A stretch of DNA of 64,000 nt from Chrysomallon squamiferum (Eukaryota > Animalia > Mollusca). The DNA is taken from contig CM022672.1 in assembly GCA_012295275.1 (NCBI GenBank), positions 14,756,001 to 14,820,000 of the forward strand. The letters run 5' to 3'. The notes under the pieces were generated by a model that saw only the letters and a program-made list of their open reading frames with translations, did no database searches and was not told where the DNA came from. The position numbers were made by a program, and so were the translations under genes. Below, one piece after another: positions 52,665-64,000 of this stretch (positions within the stretch are counted from its first letter, which is position 1; each line of letters starts with the position of its first letter).

Positions 52665-52849
52665 TTGATTGGTTCCGAAACCACGAGCAGCGCGCGCGCT
52701 CTTCGAGAATATCGCAATTTGATCTGGCGGAGTAATATTTATAGCGGACACAAGTATCACTTCGTTCCAACAGTAGCCGCACTTCCAAAGAGGAATTTAC
52801 TACCAGAAGAAAGCTCGGATCGCTGAATTATGGCTTTCGTGCGGTAAGC
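52665..52849 (+). promoter_or_regulatory. Candidate promoter and first exon of an unidentified gene
   Basis: ATTGG at 52668, (CG)4 at 52691, TATTTATA at 52736, TCACTT initiator-like at 52757, then ATG GCT TTC GTG CG|gtaagc (ATG at 52830, GT at 52844). Confidence 0.4.
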
Positions 52850-52976
52850 AATTCTTTCAGTTAGTTGACGCGGCTTATTATACAAGCATTTTAGCAATTT
52901 ACATTACTCGTGTGTTTATTCATCATATCTATTCAAATTATATTTCTTTTGTTTCTGTATATTTTTGTGTGTTACT

Positions 52977-53011
<35 letters not shown>

Positions 53012-53268
53012 TATACTTTTTATGGAATAAAATCAAAATTATAGATTACTTAATAAAGACCTAATCAAATTAGATCATCATTTCAGAGTATTAAAAAATA
53101 TTATCGTTTTATTTTTATTTAACTGTTTATTGTTCATTTGTGTTTTTAATATTATAGTAGGAAATGTTTCATAAATATAAATTATTATTATCATCATCAT
53201 TATTGCTATTGTTATTATTTTGTTGTTTTGCTGTTGTCATATTTCTTGTCTTCATGTCATTGTTTAGT

Positions 53269-53378
<110 letters not shown>

Positions 53379-53688
53379 TATATCTCTCAATCTGTCGTTA
53401 TATTCAGACTGTTTCTAAGTCACAATAAATTGTTTTGGATTGATGTTCATGTGAGCTGCGACATGTATTCAGACCCAAACACAACCAGTCTGTATTCACG
53501 AAGAAAACAACAGTAATCTAGTTACAGGACTTGAAGTCCAAGATTTATTTGAAGAAGGCCAATCTGGACCGAGTGTCAGAATACCGATGTTATCTGATGT
53601 TTCCCAAATGCTGGACGTATTCCGCCCATTTAACCTAACGTGTCGTCTAACAAGACTGCGTATTTGTGTCGTACTAATAACAAACAGA

Positions 53689-53786
<98 letters not shown>

Positions 53787-54166
53787 ATAAAGACCGTAGA
53801 AGCTGCTGGAAAGATACTGGTCTAAGGTTGGACACGGAGTTCATGACGCCGCGTTGCCAGATCGATGCTTGCAGAAATGGTGGTTAATATCGTGAAGTGT
53901 GGCGAGGAAGCTAATCACTGCACTGTTCAAACAGTCAGCCGGACAGTTGCTCGAGCCTTCTTTTTCTTCTACTTCTGAAGAAATACAATAGCATTTATTA
54001 TCATGGAATAATTTCATTTCATTGGTCATTCATTTTCGTTCTGCTTATTTTCGTTTTAATGATTTTTTTTTTTTGTTCGTAACTGTATAATTGTGTCAAT
54101 TTGAAAGTAATGGCGTGAGAAGGATATAGTGTTTATTATTAATTAAGAAAACTGTTTCACACTAAA

Positions 54167-54234
<68 letters not shown>

Positions 54235-54476
54235 TGTGTACTGTCCTCAGATTTTTTGTTTTCTAATCTTTGCTTTATTTCTCTTTAAATTTGTTTCTAT
54301 GAAAAAGCTACTGCTAAAGACCACTGAATTTAACTCACAGTAATTAATATTACAGCTACACATCGTTCTTGATGAAACTGAAACAACTTGTTCAAAATCC
54401 GTTACAACTTTCCAGCCTTGTTAGGAAACTAATCATCAAATGAAGCCATCTATAATTACTCTACTTTGGGATAATG

Positions 54477-54518
<42 letters not shown>

Positions 54519-57369
54519 GTGTGTGTGTGTTTGTACGTGTGTATGTACGCGCGCCTTTGTCTGTGTATGTGTCACTATTTTGGAGCAGTTTGAACTGTAT
54601 ATAAACAAACACATACTGGTCCAGTTTTGTTGGGTTTTTTTTTGTTAAGAATCAAGCAGTTATATCCAAGAAGTTTTGTTTTATGGTAATTTTAGTAGCG
54701 ACGATAAGATTTGTAACTATGTCAGCTTCTGTATAGTTTTGAAAGGAATCTTTATGCTGAACAAGGTGGACATTTATTGGTCCAGAGCTATTAATCCCCT
54801 GCATGAAATCTGTAAAATCAACTCTTGCAGTGTCACATTCTGTGTAAGTTGAGAGGTTTTTGACTAATCGTGTACACACTGAACAAACAGCAGCAAAATC
54901 GTCTGATATTTATTATGCCACACACATAGAATTTATAACGGAGAGGATATACATCTTTTTTTACAGGTTTTAGAAGCAACATATTTCTAAAGTTAAACGA
55001 TTTATTAGACAAGTATAAAACCAAAAAAATAAAAAAAAAAAAAAAAAAAAAAAAAATTTAAAATTGGAAAAAAATCTTTTTCGAACCACTTTTTAGTCAC
55101 AAAATCCGGTAATAAAAAGTAACATTATTCTTAACGACATTAAAAAAAAAAAAAAAAAAAAAAAAATTTTTAATATTAAGCTAAGGAGGAACACACATAG
55201 CAATTCAGATAATGGAGATTGCTGGTCTTTGTTGAAAACACCGGTCTAAATACACTGATCTTTCTTGTTTTCTACACAAACAACAACAATGGAGCATAAT
55301 GCCTTGAATTAAAGAATGGTGCATGTGTTTAAAGCTTTGCCTTGCATTTAAAGTGCAGTGTGTGTATTTAAAACTACGTGCTTTCGATAAAAGTATAATC
55401 CGTTTATTTAAACCATAGTCTGGTTTTTTGTTTGTTTTTTTAATTATTTATTTAAAGATCAGGACGCTGAATGAAGCACAGCGCATATAAATAAATTGCA
55501 CTGCATTTGAGAAAAGTGTAACACGCACATCTGGACGCAAGCATTAACAAACAGAAAGCTCGGTTTTCAGAACATTAAAAACGAATTACCCGTCATTTTT
55601 TTTTTTCTGCACGACTTGTTAAATTTGATCGTTATTTGTTCTCATAACTCTGGCACTCCAAAAAAAAAAAAAAAAAAAAAATCAATATTCCTATTCCTTT
55701 TTCTGCTAAAGTCATTGGTCCTTCCGTAATTGCTGCACACAGTCAACTGTCACGTCATGTGATCAGTTCTGAAATCATGTGATCAATTCCCTGTCGAGAG
55801 CAGAAGATAACCACGTTACGGGCTGCACGTACACCAAGCTGGCCGTTCACGTGGGAGATGCTGTTTGTGTTTGTTTTTTCTGTGTTTGTACATCCGTGTG
55901 TGTATAATTACTTTCCAATAAGACGCTCACAGCTCGACATTTTACAGCTTCAAATGCAATTAGCCTAAAGCAGTTTATATTTAAAACAGTAATTTGTTTA
56001 AAGACAGGTTCATTCTGAAGTTGTAAAATCAAACTCCTTAGATTTACCGCATCCTTCTGAAAGTGTTAAAAAAATAAAATAAAACGCGAGATGAAGTTGT
56101 TGTTAATTCGTTATAATAGCTGGGTTTTATTTTATTTTATTTTTATTTTTATTTTATTTATTTTTAAAATAAAGATTTATTTATTTTTATTTTTAGTTTC
56201 TTTTATCAGAATATAATTTCCTTTGAACTGTCTTTTAGACACAAAAATAACATCGTCCATAATTATTTACGTGTGTGTTTTGTAGGCTCTAGTCGTGTTT
56301 TTAATGCATGTGCATGTTATATAATAATTTCGTTATCGTTAATGCACAGAGCATGTGAGAATGATTTTCTATCTACTGGCAAGAGAAGATTAATGTGATT
56401 TTAAATATAGTCTGTCCCTGATATCCGCAGGTTTGGTATGAGTTATTTTGACGAAAATATTATTTTTAAAATTATTGCAGAGTATTCTTATTTAAAATAT
56501 GGATTTATTTTAGTCTTTATCAGTTCGTCTAATTTTCCCGATTTTCATTAACTGAAAAGAATGATGAACTGTGTCATAACAGACATATATACTACGATAG
56601 GAATAAAGTGTATGTTCCCTATATTGTCTTGTACTTAGTGGTTAGAGTTAAGACTAGAGCGTAATCCATATCCTTCTTAGCTTGTCCCTTGGGTTAAACG
56701 AGAAACCGGCCTCCTGAATCTCAGAAGAAGAAAAAGGTAATTGATTTCAAATATGTTCGAGAATTCGCCAAATTTAATGTGCGAACTTCACACCGCATAA
56801 CAATATTTTACCAGACAGTTAGACACTAACTAGTCACCATCCGGACAGATTGTGTCACTTCGAGATTACTGGCTACCTCTGAGTGACGCAAACAATCTCA
56901 CGCTGCCGGTTATCTTTGACAACGGTAATTTCAATGCCACCAGTAAGTTACGATAACGATAAATATAACGTTCCCCGTAATCCGTGATAACCATAACGTT
57001 ACCAGTTGTCTATAACAACGTTAACGATAACGTTACCCGTAAACTGTAATAACGCTAACGGTAACTTTACTCGTAATCTGTGATGACGGTGACTAACGTT
57101 CCAGTAGGTGACGACTGTAACGTATTCAGTATCTACGATAAGCGTTGCTTCAAGCGTAAGGTATTTTGTGGCGTAATAGTATCTTCTTTTCTAATTAGAA
57201 GCGGCACGTGCTGCGATGAGTTAGTCATTAAGTGTGCCCCGGTGAGTTAAATTGACAAGCAGATCGGCTTTTATTGTACGCAGGTGTTCTACATAAGTGT
57301 ATTGTGAGTCAGAGTTAGCGTTCCTTGCTTATCTCGTCTTATTAAGAACGGTTACGATGTAGTGCAGTA

Positions 57370-57765
57370 GGTGTGTTTGTTACGTATTTTTTAGCAGTGT
57401 CGCAAACTGTTTTTGTTACATATGTTAACAGTGGTAATAAACTATATTTGTTACATATGTTAACAGTGTTAATAAACTGTTTTTGTTACATATGTTAACA
57501 GTGTTAATAAACTGTATTTGTTACATGTTGGCAGTGTAAGAAAAAAGTTTTTGTTACACATGTTAAAAGTGTAATGAACTGTTTTTGTTATGTGTGTTAA
57601 CAGTGTAATAAACTGTTTTTATTACATGTTAACAGTGCAATAAACTGTTTTTATTACATATGTTAACAGTGCAATAAACTGTTTTTGTTACATATGTTAA
57701 CTGTGCAATAAACTGTTTTTGTTACATGTGTTAACAGTGTAATAAACTGCGCTAACAGTGTAATT
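57370..57765. repeat. ~32-34-bp minisatellite (aaactgtttttgttacatatgttaacagtgtaat), about 11 copies
   Basis: Direct tandem copies with substitutions. Confidence 0.93.
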
Positions 57766-57872
57766 AGTCAAGTGAGAAACTAAACACACGCTGAGCTGAG
57801 AAAGATTAAAGAAATGAAGCCGGATATTGAGCGTCCTTTTTTTTCTTCTTCTTTTTTAATACCTACATGCAC

Positions 57873-57876
<4 letters not shown>

Positions 57877-57968
<92 letters not shown>
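57877..57968. repeat. (AG)n microsatellite, representative of many: (AG/CT)n also near 6834, 7559, 38867, 40349, 43274, 50351, 53273, 53690, 54171, 58796, 60199
   Basis: Seen directly. Long (TAT)n/(AAT)n (e.g. ~950-1084, ~16350-16517, ~46405-46549) and (GT)n (~6184-6254) tracts are also present. Confidence 0.97.
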
Positions 57969-57971
<3 letters not shown>

Positions 57972-58764
57972 TTGAAATTGACGTCTACATTATGAATGGC
58001 TCATGTATATTAGATCATTGTAATATCTTCTACATCTGTTATTCGTTGGGGTGACTTTACATAAAGATAGACAGACAGACATATAAACATAGATTATTAA
58101 AGAATGTATGTATGTGTGTATTCATGCAATATATGTACGTGTGTATATGTGAATGTCTTTATGTGTTTATGAACGTATGACTGTATGTATGTGTGTATGC
58201 ATGTGTTATCTGTTACGTTTGTGGGAAGGTAGATAACTGTATGACTATGATCCATATTAATTAAAGAAAGCTGCACAGTGTGGTTATGAAGAGCTATGAG
58301 TCGTGATACATTGACAGTTTTATAAACTGTTCTAAATAAATGCCACGAGTTATCTGATGTTAAGTTTATCATTGGTTTACTTTGTGAAGGCGAGTATTAG
58401 GGTCAGACAAACGAGGGGGGTGAAAAGAGAAGAAAAAAAACCCCCACACGAATGTTTAAAAAAACTCAGACTATGAAGAAGAATTTAAAAAGAAAATGTT
58501 AAAATAACAGCTGTCGAAATATTAAACAGACAGTCCTAGATTCTTCCTCGGAAATGTTCCACTTTCAGGTTCAGGAAATATTACTGACATTTTATCTTGA
58601 TTTACTTGGAAAATGCTTGAAATATTATTTTCTTTTTTTTTTTTTTTTTTGTATCTTGGGTGGTATTTCCATGTGTTGTTTCTGTCTGACAAAGAAATGC
58701 ACCGTGTAAACTCCATTGTGATGTCTGAACTCAGAACTGTTCTCTGTTTATAATCACTCTGCTT

Positions 58765-58855
<91 letters not shown>

Positions 58856-60195
58856 TGTACCTCTGGCTATCCGTCTGATTCTGTCTATGTGTATGTATAT
58901 ATGTATGTATGTATGTATGTATGTGTAAGTTTTACATATATCGTGCGTATATGTGTGTATTTTTAAAAAAAACCTTTGAAGATGGTCTTTTGAATGGAAT
59001 AAAATTTCAGAGAAAAAACCCTAAAGAAAACAAATCAAACAAACATTTGTTCATTATTATCGAGAACATCTTGTTTATTTTACATGCTTTGAAAAGTATA
59101 GCATCGTGATCATGGAAGCCATCATCGAAAATGAAACCATTCACAAAAGAATTCTTTATCCCAGCAATCTTGTTTCCTCGTAAACAAAAAAGAGATCTGC
59201 TTTAAATTCCTTATTTCAACAATTAGCATTGTTCTCAAACCTGCGCAGATGCTGACCAAAAAAAAAAAAAATATATATATATATCACGGAGACAAAACGG
59301 TCAGAATGGTTAGAATGCTTGAATTAAAATAACTGCATGTTTGTGAAATAGTAAAGCAGACCGATCCAGTCGATAAAAGTCTGTTACGTTTAATTACACT
59401 CGTTTTTGGAATCGTCTAGCAACTTGAATAACACCCTCTTTATGGTCTGCTCTGAGAGATAATTGTTTTAGTTTGGCTCTTTGCGGGAATTCACGATAAC
59501 CACGATTCATCTCGCTTCCGAAATGTCAGATTGTAGTGATATGTCAGTACAATCATATTTGGGTTTGTTTTATTTTTTATTATTATTATTATTATTTTTT
59601 TTTTTTTTTTTTCAAATATAACGCAGTATGATGTAAATGTTTAGACACCAGACTCTGTTCAACGTGAATTTTTAGTAACATGCGCCAAATAATATTGTTT
59701 TTCATAACATAGATATAGATGTGGACGTACACATAATAATATTTAACGACTAAACGTAATGTTTACGACAATTAAGCAGCGATCGTATAATTTAACTCGG
59801 AGGGCGTTGAAATAACTTTTTTTTTTTTTTTTCTGATGTAAATATTCTTCTATTAAATGCTGATGCCCTTTGATCTTTAAAAGTAATTTGTAGTATATGT
59901 TTATTTATTTACCTGTCAAATGGTGTATACGTGACGGTAATGCTACAATACAAAAGTAGAATATGTTGTCATGTGGTCGAAAAACCTTATTAAGAACCAT
60001 AAATGTATTTTAAATCATAAAATATTTCTTCTTATTAAAAAAAAAGTAATTTCTGATGTTACTAGTTCTGTAAGTAAATGGGATATGGACTCGTTAAAGA
60101 GAGAGTGTAATTATTACGTCTGCTGAATATTATTTATTTGAAAAATAATATTTTGCACACACACACACAAACGCATAGACATTTAAAAGAGTTAA

Positions 60196-60277
<82 letters not shown>

Positions 60278-61013
60278 GAAATAGAATGGGTGGGGAGTAA
60301 GGGAAGACTGAGAAGGGTGTGTGAGAATAAAATGAAGATTACAGAGGCAGATGTTGAAGATGCGAGAGGAAACACAAAGAAAGAGAGAAACGCAAAGAGA
60401 GAAAGAGAGCGAGAGGTTCGTGCCTTTGTTGCAGAATAAATTAATGCAAAAGCGAGAAGTTTAACGAAACAGGTGAGAACGATTAAAGCTGAGAGACAAA
60501 GCGGAAAGGTTAATTGCAGGCGATGGGACTGGCGGATAAGACATCACGTGTTTATTAGCGGTCAAAACGTGTTTGTCTCGAGTGATTTGTGCTTGTAGGC
60601 TTTGCCTTCCACCGCAATCACGTTCACATCCCGCTACTGCCAGAAAGTCACGTTCTGCACGTGCTGAAAGTGGAAATTTAGATTGTTATGTTTCCTCATT
60701 ATTTTTATTTATACACCGTGCCAGACATCGAGAATTTTTGATAGATGGAGTTGAAGAGGGAGTCTCGATAGACAGATGGATTGATGGATGTATGGATTAA
60801 TGGATGGAAAGACGAATGGATGAATTAATTGATGGAAAGATGGATATAGAAAGATAAACAGATAGATAGAAATAGATAAATAGACAGGTATGGTGATAGA
60901 CGGACGGACGGATGATCAAACAGACAAAAGAATGGTTCGATCAATGGACTGAACTTAGATGGATGAAATTAGAACAGTTCATTTTCACTTATTTTATTAC
61001 ATGAGTCGTGTTA

Positions 61014-61066
<53 letters not shown>

Positions 61067-62788
61067 TAACGAATCACGTGTTATTCTCACAGCTCCAGTT
61101 TACAATAGTATTCTTTCCAAATAGACTTACATTGATTACGAGACCAATTAACTGAACATAATTTCTCTTCTCGTCTCCTCTTTTGTTCATTCATGTTTGT
61201 TTCTATCGGCATTCCGAGATACGTTAATATAAATGTTTTGTTCAAATGTCGAAATATCGCTCGCTTTAGATAAACTTAGCAGCTGTCAAATTTGTGCAGT
61301 TGACCTTCGTAACACTAACATTTATTTAATTGAAGGAGAAAAGGGCGGATACGACTCAGTTACGATAGTTCTTAACGATAAAACCCAACATGCAGAAACA
61401 CAAGCATATCTAATTGTGTTTCAGAATAATATTCAACTTTGAAAAACAAGCAACAAATAATTGTTTTAGAGTCGTCAAGGTTTTATTTCATTAACGTTAA
61501 ATTACAAAACTAACACAATCCAAAAAGTGAGGAGAAATAAGAAACTCATTTATCTCTGAAGTAACAAGAAAAGATAACTGCGGATTAAGTGAAAAGGGCG
61601 GCGAAAGAAATGTTCAAGCTGTTTAATGATTATGGCGGGATTGTTGTTATTTTATTTTTTTTTTTTTATTTATTTTTTTTTGTTCATACTTTTTTTTTTT
61701 TTTTTTTTTTTTTTGTTTTTTATGGTTTTTTTTTTTTCACAATTAAAATATATTATTAAAAAAAAAAAAAATACACTCTACACTGCATAATTATTACTGA
61801 AATAGGAAGTAAAACATAAACTGATAGCAAAAATGACGATGACCAGAGAAGTTAATTTTGATGAAATAATATCGAAAAATGAATAAGAAAGGAATTTTAA
61901 ATATGAAAACAACGAACGAAGAAACCGTCCAAAATTAAGTACTCAACTCAGAAATGGTTTCAAATGAATCAAAGAAATGTTGGGACTTTTTTTTTTATTT
62001 TTATTTGTATGTGTGTGTACGTATGTATGTATTTACGTATGTATGCATATGTGTGTGTGAGTGTGTATGTATGTATGTATGTATGTATAAGTATGTATGT
62101 GTAGAAAAAATTTACAACACTTAAATGTTTGTGAATGTTTTATAGGAGTCAAACATATCAAATGATTGTTAAAAACGAATCCCTTTTGCCGTCATCAGTC
62201 AATGGTCTTCATTAATCGAAAAACAGTAACAGTATTTACACACATCCTCTAGTAAACAGGAAAACACATACCACACATTTTATTTAATAAACCAGTTACT
62301 TGTTCACTTGTTGGAACGGGAAATAGCACAACTGGATAACCGATCCTGCGACCCATCAATTCTTCTTACATCACAGCTGTAAAAACTAGGTTACGACCCG
62401 CTCCCCTCTTCTTCCAAAAAAAAAATCTAAAAAAAAAAAAAAAAAAAAAAAAATCAAAAAAAAAAAATCTTTAGACCAGGAATTTTCATCTTTGTCCATT
62501 ACTTACTTGCTAATTGCTTTTTTTCCTGGTTACCGCGTTCCTGGTTAGCATGTACCAAAATAACCCATCATTCATCTAAACCCATCACAGATATGACATT
62601 ATTATCAAGAATAACAAACTACACACGTGTGTTTTCGCGTAATGGTAACAACTTCTAAGAAGAATATTTCGGACAATTTATTTTCCATAACGTAAACGTA
62701 TGAACGTGACGAAAGAAGAAAAATTATGTGTGTGTGTGTGTGAGTGTGCGTTATTTGTTTGTCATCATCATCATCGTTATCATAGTCG

Positions 62789-62827
<39 letters not shown>

Positions 62828-62979
62828 CTCAGCACCGGTTTTTATGAATTTTTAGACTGATCTGGTGTACGCAGAGCTCATGTCGATGGTTAATTTCGTG
62901 TTCTAGATATTTTACGTACGTACGTATATATATATATATATATACATGTATGTACTTATATATGTATGTGCGTGTGTGC

Positions 62980-63010
<31 letters not shown>

Positions 63011-63417
63011 CGTGTAAATTAGACATACCCAAAACGTATTAATTAAATTTAATCATTTTATTTTGAACACTCGTATTTCCATTAATACACCGGAAGTAAG
63101 TTAAAAAAAAATATATATATTTTTTTAAATGTATTTCTCTCTCTGAAATTATCATTTTATTTGCGGATGTTAAAATGATAAATTTGAATATTTGAATTAA
63201 AGACCTGTGATTATTTATTTTGTGCTTTGGATGAAGTAAACAAACGCGTCTGCAGTGAAGTACAATTTACACAGAACGCACGTCTGTTTTTAGCGGTTCC
63301 GTGAGAAAAGACGCAAAGCTGGGTAACATGCACGATGTTGAAGGAGGCCTGCCATTTGTTTAGAGAAGAAAAAAAAACCAAAAAATGTTGACTAATTAAG
63401 AACAAATATTATTTTAA

Positions 63418-63455
<38 letters not shown>

Positions 63456-63555
63456 TTTTTGAAATGTTACGTTATAATATTAAAAAGTGGAAAACATCCA
63501 AATAATAATTAAAAAAAAAAAAAAAAAAAAAAATGTTTTCAAAATAACGAAACAC

Positions 63556-63586
<31 letters not shown>

Positions 63587-63779
63587 CTACTTTTTATTAT
63601 TATTGCTGTTGTTGTTGTGGACATCATTATTCTTATTAAAATTTTGTTTTTTTTTTTTAATATATAACTAAATATCTTTATATTTGTAATTTAATTGTGA
63701 ATAGATAACATAATTAGGGATAGATAAGTTCCAAATTTTGAATTTTTTTTAGTTGAATTCACAGCCAATTTTAATAAAA

Positions 63780-64000
63780 AATTTTATTATTTCTACAGTT
63801 TAAATACACTTGTACAAATTTTACTATTTCTATAGTTTAATTAGACAATACAAATCTTTATTTCTGTAGTTTAAACATACGTGTACATATTTTACAATCT
63901 CTGTACTTTAAATACACTGTACAAATTTTACTATTAGATAATGCAGTACTTTATTTCTATGGTTTAAATACACAAACTTTATTATTTCTAAAGTTTAAAT
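63780..64000. repeat. ~36-bp degenerate tandem repeat running off the window end
   Basis: atttct.(c/t)agtttaaa(t/c)a..c..tacaaa.ttt recurring. Confidence 0.75.

Overview
This is AT-rich, microsatellite-dense animal genomic DNA, not prokaryotic. A gastropod mollusc is my guess from repeat content, by inference only. The window holds one clear gene: a + strand cytosolic phospholipase A2 (group IVA / cPLA2-alpha-like). I resolved 14 GT-AG coding exons from 18539 to the stop at 32708, totalling 2307 nt in one continuous frame. The C2 domain, GGGFRA, the GLSGS serine and the DGGL aspartate are intact. The initiating exon is not resolved. The most unusual structure is a 93-107 bp tandem array (~27590-28960) that copies an exon end plus its splice donor, so each unit contains an AG-flanked, GT-ended, stop-free, in-frame 42-nt potential microexon. 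Two other donors in the locus are also tandemly duplicated. At about 36.5-37 kb the sequence switches from CpG-poor to CpG-rich. The right part has no recognisable coding exon but has about 20 CACGTG E-boxes and two promoter-like patches. Nearly all ORFs in the supplied track are simple-repeat artefacts.
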